Source: an uncultured virus (IMG/VR IMGVR_UViG_3300046747_000190)
Lineage: Duplodnaviria > Heunggongvirae > Uroviricota > Caudoviricetes
Length of the DNA: 64,000 nucleotides
Direction: 5' to 3' (one strand)
Virus record (IMG/VR): IMGVR_UViG_3300046747_000190
Shown: one piece after another, positions 44,298 to 53,666 of the stretch
Layout of the letters: every line of letters starts with the position of its first letter
How positions within the stretch are numbered: position 1 is the first letter of the stretch
Translations under genes and position numbers: made by a program
Notes under the pieces: generated by a model
Seen by the model: only the letters and a program-made list of their open reading frames with translations
The model's database searches: none
Told to the model about the DNA's origin: nothing

Positions 44298-44651
44298 CTA
44301 CGCGCCCTCTCGCTCGGAGTCGGTCCCGCTCACCTTCGGGTCACTCAGATCCATCGCTATGGCTGCCTTTCGGTCGCGAGATTGGTCCTGCTCGGTGTAA
44401 ACGTCAGGACGACTACCGTGGCGAACGTTCCACGCACCTATCGCAGCGTCTTCCATTTCCGTGTCGTTTGCGAAGTCGTTTTGCGCCAGCATTGACGGCC
44501 CAGTGGCTTGGCACGCACGGCACTCGACGGACTCGATGTCTGGATCAACACCAACGTCGTTGCTCCAGCAAAACGGGCAAGCGAGCGGTTCTACCTGGTC
44601 AGAACTGACCGGCGGCGTGGTCGAATTGTCCGGCTGGCAACCGTGCTTCAT
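44298..44651 (-). CDS. Lar-family restriction alleviation protein
   Basis: LACPFC, VECRACQATGP, AAIGAWN. Confidence 0.75.
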   Translation of the reverse strand: MKHGCQPDNSTTPPVSSDQVEPLACPFCWSNDVGVDPDIESVECRACQATGPSMLAQNDFANDTEMEDAAIGAWNVRHGSRPDVYTEQDQSRDRKAAIAMDLSDPKVSGTDSEREGA

Positions 44652-44902
44652 TGCGACCTCGCTAGTCGCGCGGCGCTGGTCCCGCGGACCTTCCGGTAGA
44701 CCCGTCGGCACAGCTCGAGAAACTCCGCTTCCGTCGTGACCACGCCCTTGCGCTCCTCAATCGAGGACGCATCGACCATGGCAAGCGCGGCGACGAGGAG
44801 AGATTGCATGCGGACCGCGCGCGGCACTTCTCCGAACCGGTGGGTGAGCTGCATGAGAAGCTCATCGAAGCCGTGCCGCATCTTGGTGACTCGCTCAGCC
44901 AT
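44648..44902 (-). CDS. Hypothetical protein
   Basis: Coupled ORF, 84 aa. Confidence 0.55.
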   Translation of the reverse strand: MAERVTKMRHGFDELLMQLTHRFGEVPRAVRMQSLLVAALAMVDASSIEERKGVVTTEAEFLELCRRVYRKVRGTSAARLARSQ

Positions 44903-46625
44903 GGACGAGCCTTTCGTTCGCAGTCATTCCGTCGTTGCCGCCCGTTACGAGCATCAACGTTCTCAGCTTGCCCGCTGCGTTGCGAATGCCTCCGGAGGTC
45001 ACGGAATAGCCGCACTCCTCGGCGGCCCGGGACAGGGATACCGGGCGCGGGTACGCCTGCACGACGACGGCAAGAATCTCCCTCTCCGCCTTCGGCAACT
45101 GTCCATACCAGTGCGTCGCGAGATCGGGCCCGACCGGCAGCGAAGGGACCGGGCCGAGCGCCGTCAGCCCTTCCGGCGTCGCCGTCATCGCATCGTTGCC
45201 TCCGTCGATGTAGCCGAGCGACCGGAGCGAGCCAGCGGCGTTCCGCATGCCTCCGCTCTTCGCCGAGTAGCCGGCGATCATCGCCGCTTGGGTGAGGCTG
45301 AGGGTTCCGTGCTGCACGAGGGTCGCGAGGATCTGACGCTCGGCCTTGGGGAGTCCGGTAGACGCGCCGTTCGTGCGTTTCGCATCGTTCCGAGCGACCG
45401 CATCCGTCACGGAATGGTGGGTGTTGCGCGGGCCCATGGGAATGCCAGGGGGCCGCATCGAGAGCCGCGAGACCCCCTTCTCGCCGGCACCTGCGGCCGT
45501 CGCGCACCGTGTCCGGTATTCGTTCATGAGCCGTCCGACCTCGAACTTTGCGCCCTCGACGAGGCCGCCAATCGCTTGGAGCTGACCGAAGACGCTCTCG
45601 TGCAGTCCGTCCAGCAGCTTCCGGTCGAAGACGGGCACCTCGACGCGGACAATCTCGGGGGGCTGTCCCGCCGCGGGCTTCTTGGCGATCTCTCCCCTCA
45701 GCTTCGCGATCTCCGCTCGGAGCGCCTTTGGGTCGTCCGCCTTGGCCCTCTCGATGGTCTCGACCATCGCCTTGCTGAGCTCCGTCAGATCGATCGGCTG
45801 GAGCTTCTTCTGTGAGAACGCCTTCACGCCCACCTTTGGGGTCTGCGACGTGTCGAGACTCTCGATCGGTAGGATCCGGACGACTTTCGAGATCTTGAGC
45901 CACTGGGGACTCCATACGTGGGGCGCTCCGACCTCGAGCGTTGGCAGGATGTCGGCGAGCTTCCCGTCGAAGCCCTTGTCGCTCAACCAATACTGGAGAG
46001 CCTTCCGCTCCTGCGGGCCCGTCATCTGGAAGGCAAACACGCATTCTGCCTGGTTCAGTGCCTTCTTTGAGACCTCCTGGGGCCGCTGGGAGAGGAAGCT
46101 GACCCCGATGCCGTGGGGCCGCCCCTGCTTGGCGATGCGCTGGAATTCGTGAAGCATCCGCTCTTCGCCACGTTGCTGGTTTTCCGGAATGTAATCCTGG
46201 CACTCCTCGAGCACGAGGTGCACGGCGCCGGGGGACGCCTTCTTTCGTTGGAAGAACCGCTGTCCGAACGCGGTAGCGAAGCGCGTACGCTCCGAGTCGA
46301 GCATCTGGCTGACGTCGATGACGATGCTGGTGCCGCGGTCGACGATGATGTCCGCTACGAGCGCCCCTGCTGTCGGCTCGAGCGGGATGTCTCCGTAGAG
46401 GCCGCCTAGCACCGGTATGTCGAAGCTCTTTGGGCCGAGCCGGAGCCCGGGCCAGCCGCCGGCGCCATCGAGGATGACCACCTGAGCGCCAGCGTGGAGC
46501 ATCTGCTCGACCATGCGCTTGCAGCCGAACGTCTTACCGCTCCCCGTGCGGCCCATCCATGCGAGTTTCTGGGTGACGGCGTCGAGCGGAAGAACGAGGT
46601 CGGTGGAGATGCGGAGCGTTTTCAT
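44895..46625 (-). CDS. HerA/FtsK-like (DUF87) ATPase with two C-terminal winged helices
   Basis: GRTGSGKT, LVLEECQDYIP, IAKQGR..GIG...SQRP; duplicated LPKAER.ILA...GYS..SGG.RNAAG.LR.L. Confidence 0.88.
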   Translation of the reverse strand: MKTLRISTDLVLPLDAVTQKLAWMGRTGSGKTFGCKRMVEQMLHAGAQVVILDGAGGWPGLRLGPKSFDIPVLGGLYGDIPLEPTAGALVADIIVDRGTSIVIDVSQMLDSERTRFATAFGQRFFQRKKASPGAVHLVLEECQDYIPENQQRGEERMLHEFQRIAKQGRPHGIGVSFLSQRPQEVSKKALNQAECVFAFQMTGPQERKALQYWLSDKGFDGKLADILPTLEVGAPHVWSPQWLKISKVVRILPIESLDTSQTPKVGVKAFSQKKLQPIDLTELSKAMVETIERAKADDPKALRAEIAKLRGEIAKKPAAGQPPEIVRVEVPVFDRKLLDGLHESVFGQLQAIGGLVEGAKFEVGRLMNEYRTRCATAAGAGEKGVSRLSMRPPGIPMGPRNTHHSVTDAVARNDAKRTNGASTGLPKAERQILATLVQHGTLSLTQAAMIAGYSAKSGGMRNAAGSLRSLGYIDGGNDAMTATPEGLTALGPVPSLPVGPDLATHWYGQLPKAEREILAVVVQAYPRPVSLSRAAEECGYSVTSGGIRNAAGKLRTLMLVTGGNDGMTANERLVHG

Positions 46626-46646
46626 GGTCGTTCTTGTCCTTGATGC

Positions 46647-47009
46647 TCATCGGTCGCGCTCTTCGCGCAGGAAGGCCCGCGCATTGTCGGCGATCATCAT
46701 CGAAAAGTTCGCACAGTCAGCGGCTTCGTCGATTACGTTCTCGATGGTCGCGAGTTCCACGATCGGAGCATACACTGCGGCTTTCTCGATCTCATCGGCG
46801 AGCTTCCGGAGCGCTCTCGAGAGTTCCTTCGCCTCCTGATGCAGACGACGCGATAGGTAGCCCATCTCGCAATTGTCCCAGTGCCCCTTGTGGTCGTTCG
46901 CCTTCAACTTCCGCTCCATCCTCTCGGCGAACCAGAGGACTTCCTCTCGTGGCGTCACCACGGTGCACGCCGCAACTCGTTCATCGCTTCCCTTTCGGCT
47001 TCCTGCCAT
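46647..47009 (-). CDS. MazG-like / dNTP pyrophosphohydrolase-like protein
   Basis: MERKLKANDHKG.W, EAKEL, DEAADCANFSMMIAD; alternative GTG start at 46958. Confidence 0.6.
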   Translation of the reverse strand: MAGSRKGSDERVAACTVVTPREEVLWFAERMERKLKANDHKGHWDNCEMGYLSRRLHQEAKELSRALRKLADEIEKAAVYAPIVELATIENVIDEAADCANFSMMIADNARAFLREERDR

Positions 47010-47199
47010 TCCGCGCCACCTTCGGAGCGAGCTGGTACCTGTTGAACGTCAGGCAGCCCTTCCCGCACACCGAGCAGACCTTGCCGAATGCATGAGCCGG
47101 AACGGGCTGCTTCGTCTGGACCTGCATGTCTCCGCCGCACATGTTGCAGGCGCCGACGTGAACGGTCGTATGCGGTGGCTTGAGCGCAGGAAGCGTCAC
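46981..47199 (-). CDS. Small zinc-ribbon protein
   Basis: CNMCGG and CSVCGK; GTGA-coupled. Confidence 0.55.
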   Translation of the reverse strand: MTLPALKPPHTTVHVGACNMCGGDMQVQTKQPVPAHAFGKVCSVCGKGCLTFNRYQLAPKVARNGRKPKGKR

Positions 47200-47729
47200 G
47201 GCGGCGACCATCCCTCGAGCGGCGTCGAATAGGCGATCCTCGACGTGTGCCGCGGTGACCCGTCCGCTGTCGTCCCGAGGCAATGCAACGGCCCTGTGAG
47301 CAGGGCTCTCACCGCCGCGATCCGTTCGTGTGTCGCCATCGGATGAGAACCCCAGGCGGCGAGGAATAGCGTCCTGTCGGGGTTCAGCTTCGCGACTTCT
47401 GCGGCGATCGCCTCGTCGTTCTGCTCGCCGACTACGGACCGGGCCGGGATACCTTCGAGGTCCGTGGACGCGGTCAGGATCCAGCCGTAGAGGTTCACCT
47501 TCACGAGCCGCGTGCAGAGGAGGCGTTTCGCGAAGCCGACATCTTTGCGGATCGTCTGGTCGTCATCGATACCGGCGAGCGACGGGTTGAGCCCAATGGA
47601 GAAGAGGATCCGCGGCTCCGTGTCGAACGCGCCGGACCAATCACGGCCGAGCGCGTATCGGTGCGCCTTGAAGACCGAGAAGATGGCCCACGAGCGACCG
47701 TCAACCGAGGCGAGGCGACGGGTCGTCAC
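47196..47729 (-). CDS. DUF1643-family protein
   Basis: HRYALGRDW, IGLNPSLA..DDQTIRK, VNLY, AAWG, GSPRH. Confidence 0.85.
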   Translation of the reverse strand: MTTRRLASVDGRSWAIFSVFKAHRYALGRDWSGAFDTEPRILFSIGLNPSLAGIDDDQTIRKDVGFAKRLLCTRLVKVNLYGWILTASTDLEGIPARSVVGEQNDEAIAAEVAKLNPDRTLFLAAWGSHPMATHERIAAVRALLTGPLHCLGTTADGSPRHTSRIAYSTPLEGWSPP

Positions 47730-49252
47730 GCTGCCACCGCCCATTGGACTGGAAGGTTCGCCCGTAGCACCGCTTCGGCGAGCTCCGGCGGCACGCTATT
47801 TCCGATCAGCCGAATCGCATCCGCCTTCGTCGTGGCTGCGCTCATGTCGTAGCTGGCGGCATACTTGCCGAACTGCGCCCGGAGCAACTCGCTCGGCTGC
47901 AGCATGCGAAATCCGATGTCGACGAGCTGATAGTCGACACCATGCACGGTCACGAGCCCGAGGCAGTGTTTCGCGCGGATCGTCCGCATGGGCTCGAGAA
48001 GGCCCTGGCCTCCGGTGGCATCCGTTCCGTAATAAGCCGTCAGGAACGCTCGGACCTCCGCGACGTGGATCCCTCCAGCGGAGATTGTCGGAAGCGGTTC
48101 CTCGACGGAGGCGCTGCCCGGCTGGCTCGGATGCGTGCCGCGGAACTTCGCGAGGTAGGCGAGGCTCAAGCCATGATGATCCCGAGCCGTCACGGTTCCG
48201 ATCGGGCGCTCGAGATCGTCGCCCACGACGACACCTCCTCCGCCATCCGCACGGATCGGATCGCCGAAATACTTCGTGAGCCATGCGAGGACCAGTGCGT
48301 GCTTTTGGCCGTCGACCAGCGTGCCGAGGGGCGCCTCGATGTCGTAGACGCGACCGCGCTGCCCGACCCGTTCGCCGTTCCCGGAGTGTTGAAGGACCGG
48401 CACGACGAGACCGTGCCCCCGCTGCGTTGCCGTCACCGTGGACAGGGGCAAATCGATGTCCTCGTGCCGCGGCTCCCACTTGCCATGGTTCGGTTTCACG
48501 ATGAACGGGCGAGGATTGTCGAACACGAACCGTTTCAAGCCTTGAGCGATCCTCCACATGGTCTTTTCTACGAGCGGCTTTAGTCCGTGCTTCTCGCGCT
48601 CGAAGATCGACGGGCAGGGTAGCGACCAGTCGATACATTCGGCCGCGGTGTGAAACGGTAAGAGTCCTGGGCCGTGGGTGCGTTCCGGCCAGACGATCGG
48701 ATTGCCGTCCCGCCGCGCGATGACGAAGAGCCGCTTCCGCCGGGTCGGGGCGCCGTAATGCGAAGCGTCTAGTATGCGGTGGTCGACCTGATATCCAAGG
48801 CCCCGGAACTCCCCGAGCCAGCGCTCGAAGAACTCGCCCTGCCGCGACTTGATGGGCTTGCCGGAGCCGTCGAGGGGGCCCCACTTTTGCAGCTCGGGCA
48901 CGTTCTCGATGAAGGCCATGGCCGGACGAAGCTCGGCGCACCACTCGGGTACGACGTCGGGAAGGGCCCGCAGCTTGTTCTCGCGCGGCTTGCCACCCTT
49001 GGCGCGGGAGTGGTCCCGGCAATCGGGGGATGCCCAAATGAAGCCGGCTCGGCCGCTTGGGCATGCCTCTCGAGGCCGAACCTCGCGGATGTCCTTCATT
49101 AGGTGGCGCGTCTGCGGGTGATTCCGTTGGTGCACGGCTATCGCGACGGGCCAGTGGTTCACCGCTACGTCTACATCGCGTCCGATGACAGCGCGCACGG
49201 CAGCGGACACGCCGCCCCCGCCGCAGAAGAGATCGACGAGGTCGCCGGTCAC
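47726..49252 (-). CDS. C5 cytosine DNA methyltransferase
   Basis: DLFCGGGG (motif I), ASPDC (IV), ENVPE (VI), R.RLF (VIII), IGNSVPP (X). Confidence 0.95.
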   Translation of the reverse strand: MTGDLVDLFCGGGGVSAAVRAVIGRDVDVAVNHWPVAIAVHQRNHPQTRHLMKDIREVRPREACPSGRAGFIWASPDCRDHSRAKGGKPRENKLRALPDVVPEWCAELRPAMAFIENVPELQKWGPLDGSGKPIKSRQGEFFERWLGEFRGLGYQVDHRILDASHYGAPTRRKRLFVIARRDGNPIVWPERTHGPGLLPFHTAAECIDWSLPCPSIFEREKHGLKPLVEKTMWRIAQGLKRFVFDNPRPFIVKPNHGKWEPRHEDIDLPLSTVTATQRGHGLVVPVLQHSGNGERVGQRGRVYDIEAPLGTLVDGQKHALVLAWLTKYFGDPIRADGGGGVVVGDDLERPIGTVTARDHHGLSLAYLAKFRGTHPSQPGSASVEEPLPTISAGGIHVAEVRAFLTAYYGTDATGGQGLLEPMRTIRAKHCLGLVTVHGVDYQLVDIGFRMLQPSELLRAQFGKYAASYDMSAATTKADAIRLIGNSVPPELAEAVLRANLPVQWAVAA

Positions 49253-49497
49253 GATGTCCGCTCAACCCGCGACCGCATCGCCCGTGCCGCGCCATCAAAA
49301 AGGGCGTAGCTCGTCTCGGCGAGCACTACGCTGCCATCCGGAAGAGCAATCCGGAGCATCACCGACGGCGCTCCGGAGACCATCCCGTGCTCGAGGAACG
49401 CGACCTCCATGCGTTCGGTGACATGGTGAATCCTCGCGTTCTCCGGGATCGGGGTGAAGCTCTCGGGGCCGTTCAGGAAGATGCTGAGCGCGGGCAC
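49249..49497 (-). CDS. Hypothetical protein
   Basis: GM.SGAPSV.LRI.LPDG..V.AETS. Confidence 0.65.
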   Translation of the reverse strand: MPALSIFLNGPESFTPIPENARIHHVTERMEVAFLEHGMVSGAPSVMLRIALPDGSVVLAETSYALFDGAARAMRSRVERTS

Positions 49498-49499
49498 GA

Positions 49500-50519
49500 C
49501 TACTCCGCCGCCGCTTCGCTCTTCTGGAGCTCCCCGAGGGCGCTTTCGAGACCGGCAGCCGTCATGCTGATCTCACGTAGCGCCGCCCTCGTGATCAAGC
49601 TCATCTCGTGCGACTTCACGTCACACCGGAGCCCGCGGAGCTGGACGATGAACGCACGGACGCGGTCGACGTCGGGCCGGATCTCCTCGAGTCGCGCCTG
49701 GTAGGCGGCTTCCCTTTCCGCGGCTTCGACGCGAGCCTTCTCGGCGGCGGTGCGTTCGGCCTCGATCCGCTCCCGCGCTTCCTGCTCGGCCCGTGCCTTT
49801 GCCTGCCGCTCGAACTCCTCGCGGTCGGCCTTCTCTTTGGCGGACTGGAGATCGCGGCGCTCGGCGTCGATGGCGGCTTGCTGGGCGGCCATCTTCTCCC
49901 GCTCCGCGTCGATGCGCGCTTGCTCGGCCTTCGCCCGTGCCATCTCCTCTTCCCGAGCACGCGCGGCCTGCGCATCGAGCTCGCGGCGGGCCTCGGCGAT
50001 TCGCTCGGCCTCGATGGCCTGCGCCTTGGCGATCGCAGCGAGACGGCTCTCCTCGGCGTCGCGTTCGGCTTTCAGGCGGAGGGCTTCGGCGTCGCGCTCC
50101 GCCTTGAGCCGGGCTTCCTCTGCTTCTCGGGCCTCGCGGATCGTGCGCTCGATTTCAGCGCGTTCGGCTTCTTCGGCTTCTCGTTTGGCGCGGGCCTTCA
50201 CCTCGTCGACCGCTGCTTTTTTCTCCTTCAGCGGAAGCTCGAGCGCCTCGATCTCGGCGGTCAGCTCCTTGGCGACACCGTCTACTTTGCGCCCGTATTC
50301 CAAGGCGGACCTTTTGAGATCGACCCGCTTCTCCTCAATGGCCACGCGGGTGGAGCGGAGAACGGCGATCGCCTTGCGAGTTTCTTCGTAGGCGTCTGGC
50401 GTCTCGCAGGTGAGAGCGGCGTACTTGGCGCCCATCTCGCGGATGTCGTCGAGCGTCACCTGGTAGCGAACCAGGTGCGTGACGTTGTCAGGCGTATCGG
50501 TGACTTCTGGGGTGTCCAT
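49500..50519 (-). CDS. Long coiled-coil protein
   Basis: Glu/Arg/Ala heptads; AAGGA RBS; follows the recombination genes. Confidence 0.8.
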   Translation of the reverse strand: MDTPEVTDTPDNVTHLVRYQVTLDDIREMGAKYAALTCETPDAYEETRKAIAVLRSTRVAIEEKRVDLKRSALEYGRKVDGVAKELTAEIEALELPLKEKKAAVDEVKARAKREAEEAERAEIERTIREAREAEEARLKAERDAEALRLKAERDAEESRLAAIAKAQAIEAERIAEARRELDAQAARAREEEMARAKAEQARIDAEREKMAAQQAAIDAERRDLQSAKEKADREEFERQAKARAEQEARERIEAERTAAEKARVEAAEREAAYQARLEEIRPDVDRVRAFIVQLRGLRCDVKSHEMSLITRAALREISMTAAGLESALGELQKSEAAAE

Positions 50520-50539
50520 GGGGATTGTCCTTCGCTCGT

Positions 50540-51640
50540 TCAGTCCTGCCCCGGTTCGCGATCATCCGTGCCGGTCGCTGCGAGAGGCGGCGGCGCTGCG
50601 CCCTGATCCATTGGCACTCCATCCTCGTCGACGTCGTCATCGCGTGGGGGCAACGCGGCGCGCTCGGCATCGGCCATGCGCTTCGTCGTCGCGTCGACCG
50701 CCGCCTTGATAGCGGCCCGGTCCTCCTTGTTGGCTTTCGGCCATATGACGCCGCGCGAGCCCTCAAGCACGCGGAACGTCGCGTTATCGGAGCACGCCTC
50801 ATAACCTCGGAGCAGCTCGGCCGCGGACATGGGTTCCGGGGCTTCGGCTCCAGCGGCCCATTGCGCCATAAGGACGCCGAGCGATTCAGAGAGCTGCTCG
50901 CCTGGCTTCGCAAATAGCTCGCGAAACTGCACGGGCGTCTTGATGATCTCGCGCTCGCCCTCGAAGCTCGACGTCAGTGCCGGGCGGCCGTCCGCTCCTG
51001 GGAGGAGCAGAAATCGCGCGGTCATTTCGTAAACGAACTCCTCACCCGCGAGCGGCATGAACCCGCGCTGCTCCGGGTTCTTACCCTTGACGATCTTGAG
51101 CTTCTGTTTGGCGCGGAAGCAGAAGATGAAGTTCGCGTCGAGCTGCAGGATCGTGTTGATCATGCGGCGCCGCTCGGATTTCGGCTTGCCCCACGCGGAC
51201 ATCTTCGCCGCGTCCTCGCTCACCTTCCACAGCTTCGATAGACGCTTCGCCTCGGTATCGTGCATCTCGAGGACTCCGCCGGGGCCTTCGTGCTCATGAC
51301 TCATGCTGTCGACGATGATCGTCTTCGCGCCCTTCGAGACGCAGTGCTCGATCGCTTTGAGGTACTCGAGCGGACCGAATGGGGCTCCGAACGGGACGAT
51401 CCGGAACTGGAACTTGCCTTTCGCCGGGTTCGCCGCCTCGCCCTTGTCGGGGGCGTAATGCATTGACCGCCGCGCCTCGGTATCGATTACGAAAACATCT
51501 CCCCCGGAGACGCGCTGGATCCCAGTTGCGAGTCGGAGCGCCGAATACGTTTTGCCGGTCCCGCTCGGGCCGACGAGGCCCAGCAATAGAGGCGTTCGTT
51601 CCCGGACTGCCGGGCGGTCGTCGAAGATTCTTTCCGTCAT
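50540..51640 (-). CDS. AAA ATPase, Sak4-like recombinase
   Basis: GPSGTGKTYSAL, IDTE, IIVDSMSHE, FVYEMT; adjacent to an exonuclease. Confidence 0.85.
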   Translation of the reverse strand: MTERIFDDRPAVRERTPLLLGLVGPSGTGKTYSALRLATGIQRVSGGDVFVIDTEARRSMHYAPDKGEAANPAKGKFQFRIVPFGAPFGPLEYLKAIEHCVSKGAKTIIVDSMSHEHEGPGGVLEMHDTEAKRLSKLWKVSEDAAKMSAWGKPKSERRRMINTILQLDANFIFCFRAKQKLKIVKGKNPEQRGFMPLAGEEFVYEMTARFLLLPGADGRPALTSSFEGEREIIKTPVQFRELFAKPGEQLSESLGVLMAQWAAGAEAPEPMSAAELLRGYEACSDNATFRVLEGSRGVIWPKANKEDRAAIKAAVDATTKRMADAERAALPPRDDDVDEDGVPMDQGAAPPPLAATGTDDREPGQD

Positions 51641-52500
51641 GATGCTTGCTCCATTTCGCGATTCATTGCCCACGCGGGCGGTTCCAGGTTGAGCGTCTCG
51701 CTCTCCGGGATGTATTCGGGCCATTCGTTGTCACGGAGGCACCGAGCCCACGTCTCGCAGGCGCGCTCCCACCGGCGTTCGCCGAGCTGCCGGAACATCC
51801 CGTTCAGCCGCGATGGCGTCACGCAATGCGGCGGGTCGGTCTCGCAGAACAGAAAAACGAAGTCGGGGCCGCCGAAACGCTTCTTCGTCATCAGCTTGTC
51901 GAGGCCGCTCCAATACGCGGCGCGCTGCACGTGGTACCCGAGATCGTACGTCTGCCGCCCGCACACATCGGGACTAGCCGTATGGATCGTCTTCAGGTCG
52001 TAGATGATCCCGGCATCGACGAAGACGTGGTCGAGCATCGCCTTGCATTGCACGGGGCCGTAAATCGTGTCCTCGCTCCAGAGCAGTACGAGCTGGCTCT
52101 CACCGTCAAAGCGATACCCTCGTCGCGCCAGCTTCTCCGTCAGGAGCTTGGCGATCCGGATCGAGTCGGCAAGGTCCGCCGCGAGAATTGGTGTGCGCCC
52201 TTCCTCCCGATAAGCGTCCCTAATTTCTTGAGCGGCCTTCGTCTTGAAGTCCTTCGCCTCGACGATGCCGAGTTTGGATTGCCAGCCTCCCAACATGAGC
52301 GCGTCGATCACGGAGCCGTTGTCCATGGCCTTCGAGGTCTTGGTGGACCGAGCCCATCCGAGCTTCGGGTGGTCTAGATAGGCGTGCGCCGGGCTCTTCG
52401 AGAGGAGCGTCTTTGCGATGCTCGACGAAATGGAAGGCACGCCGCACGGATCGGCGTGATAGGCGTCGGCGGACATGCCGCGGATGATCTCGTTTCTCAT
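51637..52500 (-). CDS. PD-(D/E)XK exonuclease, RecE/ExoVIII (DUF3799)-like
   Basis: YHAD..ISSS.AK..L..SPAH, CKAMLD, IYDLKT, YHVQRAAY. Confidence 0.9.
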   Translation of the reverse strand: MRNEIIRGMSADAYHADPCGVPSISSSIAKTLLSKSPAHAYLDHPKLGWARSTKTSKAMDNGSVIDALMLGGWQSKLGIVEAKDFKTKAAQEIRDAYREEGRTPILAADLADSIRIAKLLTEKLARRGYRFDGESQLVLLWSEDTIYGPVQCKAMLDHVFVDAGIIYDLKTIHTASPDVCGRQTYDLGYHVQRAAYWSGLDKLMTKKRFGGPDFVFLFCETDPPHCVTPSRLNGMFRQLGERRWERACETWARCLRDNEWPEYIPESETLNLEPPAWAMNREMEQAS

Positions 52501-52505
52501 CCGCT

Positions 52506-52766
52506 TCACCCGGCGTCGCGAGGCGCGTGCCGTTCGGCGAGCTCGAGGAGCCGGTCGAGAGCCCTGGCGGTCGCGCGGCAGTGCTCCTCGTGCGCGCGAG
52601 CGAGCCGGGCCTGGTCGGTCAGGCGCTCGACGTCCCGCATTCGGCTTGCCCATCCGTCGTAATCTCCGGCTTCGAGGCAAAGGACGGCTTCGCGCCAACG
52701 AGCGCGCGCCATGTCGCGGAGCGTCGCGGCGGGCGGATACGGTCGCAGGATCGAAACCGTTCCCAT
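52506..52766 (-). CDS. Hypothetical protein
   Basis: TGATG-coupled start MGTVSILR. Confidence 0.55.
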   Translation of the reverse strand: MGTVSILRPYPPAATLRDMARARWREAVLCLEAGDYDGWASRMRDVERLTDQARLARAHEEHCRATARALDRLLELAERHAPRDAG

Positions 52767-52921
52767 CACTCGCCCCTCCGCGCTCGGTCCGCCTCGAGAT
52801 GCACGCGACGCCAAGCGAACCGCCACGCCAGCTCGTCCGCGAATTGCCTGCCGATGAGCCAGCGGCGCGCGGCCTGGTTCGCTTCCGCGATCGCGACGAG
52901 GAGCGGACTACTCGGCAGCAT
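52766..52921 (-). CDS. 51-aa hypothetical protein
   Basis: MLPSSPLLVAIAEANQAARRW...; fills the gap with a coupled stop. Confidence 0.45.
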   Translation of the reverse strand: MLPSSPLLVAIAEANQAARRWLIGRQFADELAWRFAWRRVHLEADRARRGE

Positions 52922-53207
52922 GTTCGATCCTTCGTTGGATGCGGGCTTCTTCCCGGATGCCGTCGACCAACCGGGTGAGCGCGTCCTCGGCCGGGTCGCA
53001 GAGCGCCCACACGGCGTCCATCACGCCGGCTTTCAGAGCGACGAGCCGAGCGCCGTGGATCTGCCGAAGCGCCGCATACGCCTCGTGCATCACCTCTCGA
53101 AGTTCGGACGGAAACTGCAGGATGTCGGGTTTGAGCCCGGACGCCTCGAGAGCCTCGCAAGCCGCGACGTGAAGTTGATGGAGGTGCGCGAGATTGCGAT
53201 CGATCAC
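52908..53207 (-). CDS. Hypothetical protein
   Basis: GTGA-coupled ORF. Confidence 0.55.
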   Translation of the reverse strand: MIDRNLAHLHQLHVAACEALEASGLKPDILQFPSELREVMHEAYAALRQIHGARLVALKAGVMDAVWALCDPAEDALTRLVDGIREEARIQRRIEHAAE

Positions 53208-53398
53208 GGCCGCCCCCGCAGCGCTCGGGCCGCCTCGATGCGGGCTTTCATCTGTGCCGAGAAGGCGTCCACGTCGCCCGGGGTCACCCGTTCGAGCGCT
53301 CGGCGGATGAGGGGCGAGTATGGACGTCCGACGATGAGCAGGGGACGTCGGTCCTCGTGAATGGCGACGTCGTGGGGGATTGCGAGCGGGAGCGTCAT
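53204..53398 (-). CDS. Hypothetical protein
   Basis: ATGA-coupled ORF. Confidence 0.5.
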   Translation of the reverse strand: MTLPLAIPHDVAIHEDRRPLLIVGRPYSPLIRRALERVTPGDVDAFSAQMKARIEAARALRGRP

Positions 53399-53486
53399 CG
53401 CATCACCTTCGAGACGACTGCGAAGGTCGCCATGAACACCAAGAGCATCGTGCCAACCTGAAAATCGGTGCTGGCAAAGAACTCGT

Positions 53487-53666
53487 TCACGACCCGCCTC
53501 CGTCGTCGAATGGATGCCTGCGGACGGTCGACGCCACCGGCACGGGAGACGTCGGCGCCCGCCTGACCAGCCGCGCGACCGTGCGGATCGCCAACTCCAC
53601 GCCGAACACCGGCAGCAAAGCGACGAAAACCACCGTGTCGAGCACGACTTCGGTCGAGAGCTTCAT
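53487..53666 (-). CDS. Small membrane protein
   Basis: MKLSTEVVLDTVVFVALLPVFGVELAI; ATGA-coupled. Confidence 0.5.
   Translation of the reverse strand: MKLSTEVVLDTVVFVALLPVFGVELAIRTVARLVRRAPTSPVPVASTVRRHPFDDGGGS

Larger units (their letters stand above)
43903..44335. repeat. 47-bp direct repeat (43/47 identical) spanning gene junctions
   Basis: 43903-43949 and 44289-44335; on the - strand it encodes VSGT(G/D)SEREG(S/A)-stop-MKQ. Confidence 0.9.

Noticed and set aside
44736..49298. Long overlapping ORFs (359 aa +, 513 aa -, 500 aa -)
   Set aside because: Arg/Pro-rich shadow frames overlapping the motif-supported ATPase and methyltransferase genes
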